DNA of 64,000 bases from an uncultured Bacilli bacterium (GTDB taxonomy: Bacteria; Bacillota_I; Bacilli_A; RF39; UBA660). The notes under the pieces are model-generated. The model was not told the origin of the DNA. It did no database searches and saw nothing but the letters and a program-made list of their open reading frames with translations. The position numbers were made by a program, and so were the translations under genes. Shown piece by piece: positions 1-7,816 of the stretch; within the stretch, counting starts at the first letter, position 1, and each line of letters begins with the position of its first letter. The DNA lies in contig CAKPDJ010000002.1 of assembly GCA_934148875.1 (NCBI GenBank), positions 1,297-65,296 of the forward strand, in the 5' to 3' direction.

Positions 1-1193
1 TATCAAAAGATACAGATAATAAAGATGGTTTTTCAGTTTGTATAGCCATAATAGATGAATACCACAAATGGAAATCTTCAGAAGTATACGAAACTATTAA
101 ATCTGCATTTGGGAAAAGACCACAGGAATTAATTAATGTAATAACTACAGCTGGAATTAATGCAGAAAATTCTCCTTGTAAAATAGAAGAAGAAACATGT
201 AAAAAAATTCTCGAAGGTCATATTCCTAACATGGAAAATTATTTTGTAATTATAAGAGAATTAGATAAGGATGACAATCCACATGACATGAGTGTATGGC
301 CTAAAGCTGCTCCTATGTTAAATGAAGTTGCTAACGGCAATGAATATGCAAAAATATTAGCTGAACAAATTAAAAGTGACCATGATTTAGCTTATGGAAG
401 TAATGATTACGGTAAAATAAGAGAATTTTTAACTAAAAGATGTGATTTATGGCAAAATGATAGCGAAAATATGTTCTTAGATGGATTAATGGATAAATTT
501 AAATCTTTAGCAGTAAGCAGAGAAGAATTTTTAAAACTTACTAAAGGTAGAGAATGTATAGCAGGTATTGACTTATCTAAGGCAACAGACCTTACGGCAA
601 CAGGATATTTATTTAGACTAGAAGATGGAAGGTATGCATTTACAGCACATGGATATATAGCAGAAGACAAAGCAGCAAAACACGAAAGAACAGATAGAGT
701 TCCATATATGCATTGGGCAGATGAAGGCTGGTGTACGTTAACTCCTGGTGGAGTAGTAGATTATACCTACTTAATTAATGATATTTTAGATGTAAATAAG
801 AAATATGATTGGAAAGTTAGAGAAGTAGCATATGACCCATATTCAGCTGAATATTGTACTCAAGATCTTTACAAAAAAGGAATTACAAGAGTTGAAGTTC
901 CACAGAGAGTTAGTTATTTATCTGAGGCTACTAAATTATTTAAACATTTAATTATAGAAGGAAATTTAGTTCATGATGGAAGCCCATTATTCATATGGTG
1001 TGCATCTAATGCTGTAATAACTACAGATCATCAGGAAAATATTATGCTTTCTAAAAAAGATAGAAATGATACACAGAGAATTGATTTATTAGCAGCATCT
1101 ATTAATGCTTTAAGTCGTGGAATGAGTGTATTAAGGCCTAAACGCTCTATTATATATGTACCGAATAGGCGCAAAAAGGGGGTGAGCAATTGA
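1..1193 (+). CDS. terL: Terminase large subunit, 3' part (gene enters the window truncated)
   Basis: The frame of the 231..1193 track ORF is open back to nt 3 (SKDTDNKDGFSVCIAIIDEYHKWKSS...). It has an acidic IDEYH motif like the terminase ATPase Walker-B region and a nuclease-like C-terminal half. Its stop overlaps the portal start. Confidence 0.85.
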   Translation, partial: SKDTDNKDGFSVCIAIIDEYHKWKSSEVYETIKSAFGKRPQELINVITTAGINAENSPCKIEEETCKKILEGHIPNMENYFVIIRELDKDDNPHDMSVWPKAAPMLNEVANGNEYAKILAEQIKSDHDLAYGSNDYGKIREFLTKRCDLWQNDSENMFLDGLMDKFKSLAVSREEFLKLTKGRECIAGIDLSKATDLTATGYLFRLEDGRYAFTAHGYIAEDKAAKHERTDRVPYMHWADEGWCTLTPGGVVDYTYLINDILDVNKKYDWKVREVAYDPYSAEYCTQDLYKKGITRVEVPQRVSYLSEATKLFKHLIIEGNLVHDGSPLFIWCASNAVITTDHQENIMLSKKDRNDTQRIDLLAASINALSRGMSVLRPKRSIIYVPNRRKKGVSN

Positions 1194-2410
1194 AAATCTT
1201 AAATAAATTAAAAAGTGTTTTTGCAAGTACACCAAGAAAGAAAAATATTAAACTTGTTAGAAATTTCGGTTGGAAATTTTATAATAGAGATTTAGCAACA
1301 AATGAAACTATATTTAGTGCTGTAATGATAAAAGCTAATGCAATAGCTTCAGCACCAATACAAATACAACAAAATTATCAAAAATTAACTCCATATGAGC
1401 ATAATTTAGCATATTTATTTAAATTTGGGCCTAATCCAAGACAAACAATGTTTAATTTTATTCAATTCATGGAAGCTTCAAGGAATACAAATTCAGGAGC
1501 ATATGCCATTATAGAATATGATAGATTAGGAGATGCAAAATTTATATGGCCACTAAAATCTGACTATGTAACACCACTTCTAAATGAAGATGATAATGAA
1601 CTTTATTATAGAATAAGAGACATAGAAAGTAACGATATAGCTTATATTCATAATAGCCACATAATTGCACTAGAATATTTAGATAATAATGGTTATAAAG
1701 GCATAAATCCATTAGATATCTTAAAAAATACAATTGATTATGATATTGAAGTAAAGGAATTTTCTTTAAACCAGATGAAAGAAAGCCTAAAAGCAAATGC
1801 TGTAGTAACTATTCAATCAGAATTATCACCAGAACTTATTGATGAATATGATGAGATGATGGAAGGAATGCAAGAAGCAGGAATAATTTACTTAGACAGT
1901 ACAATGAAGTTTGAAGAGCTATCAGGTAAAACTGCGGTTGATGCTAATATTGGAACAGTAGATCAGATAACAGTAGAAAGAGTAGAGAGAGTTTTTAATA
2001 TAGTTGGTAAGCTAACTAAAGGCTCTAGTTCAAATAATAAGGGAAGTAATTCAGATACAGAAGATTTGCTATTCTTAAAAGACAGTTTACTTCCTATCGT
2101 AAGACAATATGAGCAAGAATTTAGTAAAAAATTACTAAATGAGCATGAGAAAATGAATGGATATGAAATAAAAATCCAAATGAATGGATATGCCAGAGCA
2201 ACTATGGAGAAAAGGGGTAACTTCTATCAGATTATGCTTAGAAATGGCGTAATGTCTGTTAATGAAGTTAGAGCACTAGAAGACCTTAGACCAGTTAAAG
2301 ATGGGGATAAACGTTATATGTCTAGGGACTTATGGGATGCAGAGAGATATGATGAATTTATGACAAGCAATTCTGGGAATAACTTAAATAAAAATGATGA
2401 AGAGGCTTAA
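1190..2410 (+). CDS. Portal protein (HK97-type size and position)
   Basis: 406 aa, directly after terL. TTG start behind SD AAGGGGGTGA, overlapping the terL TGA. Gene order is terL-portal-protease-capsid. Confidence 0.8.
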   Translation: MKILNKLKSVFASTPRKKNIKLVRNFGWKFYNRDLATNETIFSAVMIKANAIASAPIQIQQNYQKLTPYEHNLAYLFKFGPNPRQTMFNFIQFMEASRNTNSGAYAIIEYDRLGDAKFIWPLKSDYVTPLLNEDDNELYYRIRDIESNDIAYIHNSHIIALEYLDNNGYKGINPLDILKNTIDYDIEVKEFSLNQMKESLKANAVVTIQSELSPELIDEYDEMMEGMQEAGIIYLDSTMKFEELSGKTAVDANIGTVDQITVERVERVFNIVGKLTKGSSSNNKGSNSDTEDLLFLKDSLLPIVRQYEQEFSKKLLNEHEKMNGYEIKIQMNGYARATMEKRGNFYQIMLRNGVMSVNEVRALEDLRPVKDGDKRYMSRDLWDAERYDEFMTSNSGNNLNKNDEEA

Positions 2411-2455
2411 AAGGCCTATTTTTTATACCTAAAATTACTGAAAGGGGGTGAGATA

Positions 2456-3178
2456 GTGAAAAAATACTGGGAATTTAAGAATATAGCAGAAACAAGTGCT
2501 GAATTATTCATATATGGTGATATATCTAGTTATGAATATGAAGGAAGTACATCTGCAAACCTTTTTAAAAAGGAGTTAGACTCTATTAACCCTGAAGCAG
2601 ACATTAATATTTTTATTAATAGTCCTGGGGGAGAAGTATTTGAAGGTATTGCAATAGGCAATATGATAAAACGTAGAAAAGGGAAAACTACTTGTACAGT
2701 AGATGCTTTAGCTGCAAGTATAGCAACTGTTATAGCTTCAAGTTGCGATAAAGTTTATATGTATAAGAACAGTATGTTTATGATCCATAATGCTTCATCT
2801 ATCGTTTGGGGAAATGCCAATGAAATGAGAAAAATGGCAGATGATTTAGATAGAATTACTGAATCAATTAAAGAAACTTACCTTGAAAAGTGTAAGAAAA
2901 AGACCACAAAAGCTGAGTTTACAAGGCTTATGGATAATGAAACATGGTTATCTGCTGATGAGACTAAAGAATTAGGTCTATGTGATAAGGTTTTAGCAGA
3001 AAACAAAGCAGTTGCAAGTATAAATAGTGAATTATTTAAAAATTATAAAAATGTTCCTGAAGGCTTAACAAAGCCTTTTTTTGATGCCCAAAAACCAGTA
3101 ATGAGTGAGGAAACAAAAGCATTATTGGAGGAAGTAAAAGCAATGAAGGGCTATGAAAATTTTGATAAATTATTTTAA
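2456..3178 (+). CDS. Prohead (ClpP/S14-like) maturation protease
   Basis: GTG start behind SD GAAAGGGGGTGAG. ClpP-like motifs INSPGGEVFEG and SMFMIHNAS. Lies between portal and capsid. Confidence 0.85.
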   Translation: MKKYWEFKNIAETSAELFIYGDISSYEYEGSTSANLFKKELDSINPEADINIFINSPGGEVFEGIAIGNMIKRRKGKTTCTVDALAASIATVIASSCDKVYMYKNSMFMIHNASSIVWGNANEMRKMADDLDRITESIKETYLEKCKKKTTKAEFTRLMDNETWLSADETKELGLCDKVLAENKAVASINSELFKNYKNVPEGLTKPFFDAQKPVMSEETKALLEEVKAMKGYENFDKLF

Positions 3179-3194
3179 AAGGAGGCCGAAAAAT

Positions 3195-4343
3195 ATGGCA
3201 AAAAACAGATTTAAAATTCAACAACAATTAGAAGGAACTAGAGCTTCTCTTAAAGAAGCAGTAAATAAAGTAGATGCAGCTTATGCTGATGTAACATCAA
3301 CTTTAGAACAAAGAGCTGCATTAGAAGAAATAGTAAAAGATCTTAAAAATAGAGTAGAAAAATATGAAAATGATTTAAAAGAATTAGATGAAGAAGCTGC
3401 AGAAAACTTTAAGAGAGAAAATTCTATTCACAATTTAAGAAAATCAGGAGATGAAAAAATAGAAGCAAAAGCTGAATTAATCAGAGCTACTATGAAAAAA
3501 GAAAAAGTAAGTCAAAGAGTTCTTAATGCTTTAGGAGAAGGATCAGGTGCAGGAAATGGTGAAAACTTATTACCAACAACTTTAATGACAGAATTAGTTA
3601 CTGAACCATTTGCAGTTAACCCATTAAGAGGAGTTTCAACAATGACTAATATCACAAACCTTGAAATTCCTAAATTAGCTTTCACATTAGATGATGATGA
3701 ATTCTTAACTTCTAATAGTGCAACTGCAAAAGAAATGGCTATGTCAGCATCTAAAATTAAATTTGAAAGAAAAGACTTTAGAGTATTTGCAGACATCACA
3801 GATGCAGTTTTAAGAGGAAGCAATGTTAATTTAGTAGGATATGTAGAAAATGCTTTAAGAAGTGGTATGGCAAAGAAAGAAAAGAAACTTGCTTTTGCTG
3901 TTGGAACATCAAATCCAGAAACTTCATTCTATAACAAGACTGGTTCTAACTATGACATCACTGCTATTACTAAAGAAAGTAAATACTTAGCAATAAAAGC
4001 AGCACTTGCAGATTTAGAAGATGATTATGCTGATAAAGCAAAAATTGTTATGAGAAGAGCAGATTATTATGACATAATCGAAGCTTTAGCAAACGGAAAT
4101 GCTTCTTTATACCAAGCACAACCAGAATCAGTATTAGGTGCTCCAGTTATCTTCTGTGACTTAGCAACTATTCCAGTAGTTGGTGACTTTTCTTACTCTC
4201 ACTTCAACTATGATTTAGATGCTACTTATGAATCAGATAAAAACATCAAAACAGGAATCACTTCTTTCGTATTAACAGGATACTTAGATCACAAGATTAA
4301 AATGAAATCTGCATTCAGATTAGCTTTAGTACAGGGGGAGTAA
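3195..4343 (+). CDS. Major capsid protein (HK97-like, with N-terminal coiled-coil delta/scaffold region)
   Basis: The internal ATG at 3195 has SD AAAGGAGG. The N-terminal region is coiled-coil (EQRAALEEIVKDLKNRVEKYENDLKELDEE), followed by a ~280-aa capsid body. Follows the protease. Confidence 0.85.
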   Translation: MAKNRFKIQQQLEGTRASLKEAVNKVDAAYADVTSTLEQRAALEEIVKDLKNRVEKYENDLKELDEEAAENFKRENSIHNLRKSGDEKIEAKAELIRATMKKEKVSQRVLNALGEGSGAGNGENLLPTTLMTELVTEPFAVNPLRGVSTMTNITNLEIPKLAFTLDDDEFLTSNSATAKEMAMSASKIKFERKDFRVFADITDAVLRGSNVNLVGYVENALRSGMAKKEKKLAFAVGTSNPETSFYNKTGSNYDITAITKESKYLAIKAALADLEDDYADKAKIVMRRADYYDIIEALANGNASLYQAQPESVLGAPVIFCDLATIPVVGDFSYSHFNYDLDATYESDKNIKTGITSFVLTGYLDHKIKMKSAFRLALVQGE

Positions 4344-4537
4344 TTAACCCTGTTAAATCTGCAGTAGCTCCTTTAAGTGTGGACGATGAAATTGCTGCAA
4401 CAATAGACGAGCCTACTGTGGATTATAGCTCGTACACGGTAGCTCAGCTGAAATCTATTGCAGATGAAAGCGGGGTAGAATACCCATCTAATATTAAAAA
4501 AGCTGATTTAATTGCTAAATTAGAGGAACAGGCATAG
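4337..4537 (+). CDS. -1-frame extension ORF of the capsid gene (HeH/Rho-N-like C-terminal module); has no start codon of its own
   Basis: The -1 frame is open 4301-4537 with no in-frame ATG and no SD. It encodes ...YTVAQLKSIADESGVEYPSNIKKADLIAKLEEQA. It meets the capsid frame at the G5 run 4334-4338. Confidence 0.45.
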   Translation, partial: GVINPVKSAVAPLSVDDEIAATIDEPTVDYSSYTVAQLKSIADESGVEYPSNIKKADLIAKLEEQA

Positions 4538-4565
4538 GCCTTTTCCTCTAAAAAGGGGAGGGCTT

Positions 4566-4853
4566 ATGGTTCAATTAGAAGATGCCAAATCTTATATGAT
4601 GATTGATTTTAGCGAAAAGGATAATGATATCATTAATTTTATAGAAGAGGCAAAAACAATAATAGAAACAAGTACCGGAGCAGAAGCAGAAATTGTTTAT
4701 AGTTCTGGTGATGAAAAATTAATGCATCTATACGATATAGTACATAAAATTGTAATTAAAAACTTATGGGATGAGCAATCAACAAGTGGTGCGAGACTTA
4801 CAAATCTTTATATTAAATTAAGAGCTTATTACAGGAAGGTAACAAATGGCTAA
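4566..4853 (+). CDS. Head-tail connector (gp6-like DNA-packaging/connector protein)
   Basis: 95 aa, SD GGGGAGGG. First gene after the capsid. N-terminus MVQLEDAKSYMMIDFSEKDNDIINFIEEAK resembles gp6-type connectors. Confidence 0.55.
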   Translation: MVQLEDAKSYMMIDFSEKDNDIINFIEEAKTIIETSTGAEAEIVYSSGDEKLMHLYDIVHKIVIKNLWDEQSTSGARLTNLYIKLRAYYRKVTNG

Positions 4854-5184
4854 TGCTTTTAAAATGACAGAAAAAGTAGCATTTGTAAGTACTGAAACAG
4901 TAGAAAATGAGAATGGATTTAAAATTACTACAAATACAACAGTCTATGAATGCTGGGCAAATAGATTAAATCTAAGCAATGATGAATTTACAAATACTTA
5001 TGCCACTTTTAATAAATACATTATTAGCTTTAGAGTAAGATATTGCAAATTTACTAAAGAATTAGAATTTAATACTAAAAAATATAAGCTAAAATATAAA
5101 GATAATTTATTCAATATTATAAGTGCTCAAGATTATAAGAACCTTCATAAATACGTAGATGTAAAAGTAGAGGTGCAAATATGA
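4846..5184 (+). CDS. Head closure / head-tail adaptor protein
   Basis: 112 aa, overlaps the previous stop, SD CAGGAAGG. Called by position in the connector block. Confidence 0.45.
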   Translation: MANAFKMTEKVAFVSTETVENENGFKITTNTTVYECWANRLNLSNDEFTNTYATFNKYIISFRVRYCKFTKELEFNTKKYKLKYKDNLFNIISAQDYKNLHKYVDVKVEVQI

Positions 5185-5534
5185 GTGGAGTAACTATAAC
5201 TGGAATAGAACAAACAGAAAGTCTATTTAAAGAATTAACAGATGCTCAAGTAAGAAATGTTGCAAACAAAATTGGAGATATTGTAGTAGATGCAATGAGT
5301 GCTAATATAGCTCGTGACACAGGTGCTTCACAAAAATCAATTAAAAAACAAGTAAGGAAGAGTGATGGAGGTATAAAGGTATCCATTTCACCACATACTC
5401 ATTACTATATTTATGATGAATTTGGAACTTCTAAAGTTAAAAATAATATAGGAAAACTATACAGAGCTATAGAAGGTAGTAAAAATGAATGTATTGATAC
5501 AGCAAAGGAGCTGGCTAAAAACTATGCTAAGTAA
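5181..5534 (+). CDS. HK97 gp10-like neck/tail component
   Basis: 117 aa with an ATGA overlap to the upstream gene, SD AGAGGTG. Size and position fit the gp10 family. Confidence 0.5.
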   Translation: MSGVTITGIEQTESLFKELTDAQVRNVANKIGDIVVDAMSANIARDTGASQKSIKKQVRKSDGGIKVSISPHTHYYIYDEFGTSKVKNNIGKLYRAIEGSKNECIDTAKELAKNYAK

Positions 5535-5856
5535 ATTAAAAAAAGATTTAGAAGAAATAACCAGCATTCCTATATATGCATTTATAAAGCCAGAGGAAGA
5601 AATAAAAGATACTTATATAGAATATAGGATTATAAGTGATATAGATGCAGATTTTGCTGGTAATAAAAATTTAACTGAAATATATACAATTCAAATTGAT
5701 ATATTTAGTTATTATGACTATATAGAATTAGCAAAAACAATTAAAAATACTCTCAAAGCTAAAGGATATGTTTATATTCAAGGGGATGGGGATCTTTATG
5801 AACCAGATACTAAACTATACCATAAAGCAATGAGATTTAAATATAAAAAATTTTAG
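5524..5856 (+). CDS. Tail completion/terminator-like protein
   Basis: The track ORF is 5485..5856. The ATG at 5524 overlaps the upstream stop. It is the last gene before the major tail protein. Confidence 0.4.
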   Translation: MLSKLKKDLEEITSIPIYAFIKPEEEIKDTYIEYRIISDIDADFAGNKNLTEIYTIQIDIFSYYDYIELAKTIKNTLKAKGYVYIQGDGDLYEPDTKLYHKAMRFKYKKF

Positions 5857-5877
5857 AGCGTTAATCGCTCTTTTTTT
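5855..5877 (+). terminator. Rho-independent terminator-like hairpin
   Basis: AGAGCG-TTAAT-CGCTCT followed by T7. Confidence 0.7.
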
Positions 5878-5891
5878 AAGGAGGAATTTAA

Positions 5892-6341
5892 ATGGCAGTT
5901 GTAGCAAAACTAGAAAATGGTTTAAGAAAACTAAAAATGGCCCAATTAAGTGATGATGGTTCATATGGTGATATTTTCACTGTTGCAGACATGACACAAA
6001 TTACAGCAGAAACTAGTGAGGGTGAAACAAAATTAGCAGCTGGTAATGCTGTTATTTATTCAAAAAAGAGCAAAGGATCTACGACAGGTACTGTTGGATT
6101 TTACTCAACTGATGAAGATACAGAAGCTAAAATATTTGGTTATAAGAAAAATGAAGCAGGAAACATTTTATATGGAATGACTGATAACAAACCATTTGTT
6201 GCAATTATAGCAGAATTTACAGCAGTTAATCCTGCAACTGGTAATGAAGAAAATGGATATTTAATATTCCCTAAATGTGCTTTAGGAGAAATTTCTCAGG
6301 ACATTAGCACTAAGGATGCAGACGGTAGACTAGTTGCCGCT
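5892..6341 (+). CDS. Major tail protein, exon 1
   Basis: SD TAAGGAGG. 150 aa of a phi13/TP901-like tail tube N-terminal part (MAVVAKLENGLRKLKMAQLSDDGSYGD...). The ORF stops at 6342-6344 although the C-terminal part of the protein lies downstream. Confidence 0.75.
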
Positions 6342-6622
6342 TAAATCAGAAATGATTTAATGAAAATCGGTGAAAAAACTGGAAGGCTAAGTAAATTATT
6401 GAAATAAATTCTTTGGTATGTTTTAATGTAATAATTTATATGCTAATCAGAGGTGAAGGCTAGGTTTAAAAACTTAGTCAGCCGCAACGCATACAGATTG
6501 AACCTAGAAATAGAATATAATATCTGCAAGAGGCACCGATATCTTAGCAAGTAAAGTTGAAGATAAAAAGATATGCTGAACTTATAGAAAACTATAAGAA
6601 CTATGGGATAAAAAGCCTATAG
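6342..6622 (+). ncRNA. Group-I-like intron without an ORF, interrupting the major tail protein gene (boundaries +/-1 nt)
   Basis: There is no ORF in 6345-6622. It follows a U and ends in G. Helices: 6385-6392/6472-6479 interleaved with 6460-6466/6501-6507 (P3/P7-type pseudoknot), 6392-6400/6430-6438, a GAAA-loop hairpin at 6341-6360, and hairpins at 6581-6598 and 6601-6622. Confidence 0.55.
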
Positions 6623-6775
6623 GATAACAAATTGAACGAAACTTTCAATGCTAAATCATTAGCATTTACTGCAATGGCTTTAGACAATGCAAATAAAACT
6701 TATAAATTAAAAGGCTTTGGAGAAACACCAGCAACATTAACTGCTGAAATGTTTGTACCAAAAGCATCAGTTTAA
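6623..6775 (+). CDS. Major tail protein, exon 2 (C-terminal 50 aa)
   Basis: A start-less open frame DNKLNETFNAKSLAFTAMALDNANKTYKLKGFGETPATLTAEMFVPKASV*. It is in phase with exon 1 when 6342-6622 is removed. Confidence 0.65.
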   Translation, partial: DNKLNETFNAKSLAFTAMALDNANKTYKLKGFGETPATLTAEMFVPKASV

Positions 6776-6790
6776 TAAAATGGAGGGCTT

Positions 6791-7390
6791 ATGCTAATTT
6801 GTGATGATAATATATTGATAATAACAATTAATAATATAAAAATAGAAGTGAAAGTTACTTTTAATGTTTTAAGAAATCTATATAACTTCTTACAAGATGA
6901 TATAAGTAGAGAATTAGATGTAAGCTCTCCGTTTGATTTATTAGAAAAATTAAATGAAGATAACAAATATAGAGCTGCTTTATTATACTGTATGGCTAAT
7001 GGTAAAATTCCTTATTACGAAATAAAAGAACATTTAAAGGAACTTCCAGAAATTTATTTTAAGTTAATTGAAACATCAGTATTAAACAGCTTAATTTACA
7101 TAGATAAAAATGAAGAAAAACACGAAGGCAAAGAAGAATCACAAGATTTTGAAGAATATTTTAATTTTTTATACTGTTCAGCAATAACAGTATTACATTT
7201 CACAAAAGAACAATTTTTTGAAACCACTCCTAGAGAATTAAAAGCATTATTAAATGCATATAAATTAAATCAGAAGAATATTCTTTTAACTTCATATATA
7301 GAAATAATGAAATCTTTAAATAAGCCTACTACTAAAAAAGAAGAAGTAATAAAAGCTCAAGATGCCAATGACTTTTTTAATTTAATATAG
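6791..7390 (+). CDS. Tail assembly chaperone (Gp15/G-T-like, single ORF)
   Basis: SD TGGAGGG. 199 aa between the tail tube and tape measure genes. I saw no obvious slippery site. Confidence 0.55.
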   Translation: MLICDDNILIITINNIKIEVKVTFNVLRNLYNFLQDDISRELDVSSPFDLLEKLNEDNKYRAALLYCMANGKIPYYEIKEHLKELPEIYFKLIETSVLNSLIYIDKNEEKHEGKEESQDFEEYFNFLYCSAITVLHFTKEQFFETTPRELKALLNAYKLNQKNILLTSYIEIMKSLNKPTTKKEEVIKAQDANDFFNLI

Positions 7391-7415
7391 AACTTTTTAA
7401 AATCTAGTGCATATA
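7384..7415 (+). promoter_or_regulatory. Variant copy of the repeated GGTACT-N16-CATATA promoter-like element
   Basis: TAGAAC(7388)-N16-CATATA(7410). The downstream part AGTGCATATATTATATTAAAAAGGTTAAAGGAG closely matches the copies at 52758 and 62326. Confidence 0.4.
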
Positions 7416-7444
7416 TTATATTAAAAAGGTTAAAGGAGAATAAA

Positions 7445-7783
7445 ATGAAACTTCTAAAAAGATGCTTATTAATAATAAGCTTATTACTCAATCTATCACT
7501 AATATATATTTATTTTGACACATATAATGAATTAAATGGGAAAATAAATGAATATGAAGTAGCAGTAAAATATTTGCAAAATAATAATAGGCGAGAATGG
7601 AATATAACAGAAGAAAAAAAGAAAGAAATTCTTATGTATTACATGTCAATAAGAGAATTAGATCTAGTTGAAGCTCAATATTTAATAGATAGTTATAATT
7701 TTTTATATCAATATGAAATAAGTTTAGATGATAATTTAATAATTCAAGGGGAACTATATACTCCTATATATTGGAACTCATAA
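7445..7783 (+). CDS. Small membrane-anchored protein (moron-like insert in the tail module)
   Basis: SD TAAAGGAGAA. N-terminal TM or signal anchor MKLLKRCLLIISLLLNLSLIYIYF. Has its own promoter-like element and terminator. Confidence 0.6.
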   Translation: MKLLKRCLLIISLLLNLSLIYIYFDTYNELNGKINEYEVAVKYLQNNNRREWNITEEKKKEILMYYMSIRELDLVEAQYLIDSYNFLYQYEISLDDNLIIQGELYTPIYWNS

Positions 7784-7796
7784 GAGTTCCTTTTTT
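7773..7796 (+). terminator. Rho-independent terminator
   Basis: GGAACTC-ATAA-GAGTTCC followed by T6. Overlaps the end of 7445..7783. Confidence 0.7.
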
Positions 7797-7816
7797 ATTT
7801 AGAAAGGAGGGAACAT

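Noticed and set aside
6791-7783. Canonical G/GT -1 frameshift in the tail chaperone genes.
   Set aside because: The chaperone is a single 199-aa ORF. The next ORF has its own promoter-like element, SD, N-terminal TM and terminator. I saw no slippery heptamer or overlapping -1 frame.
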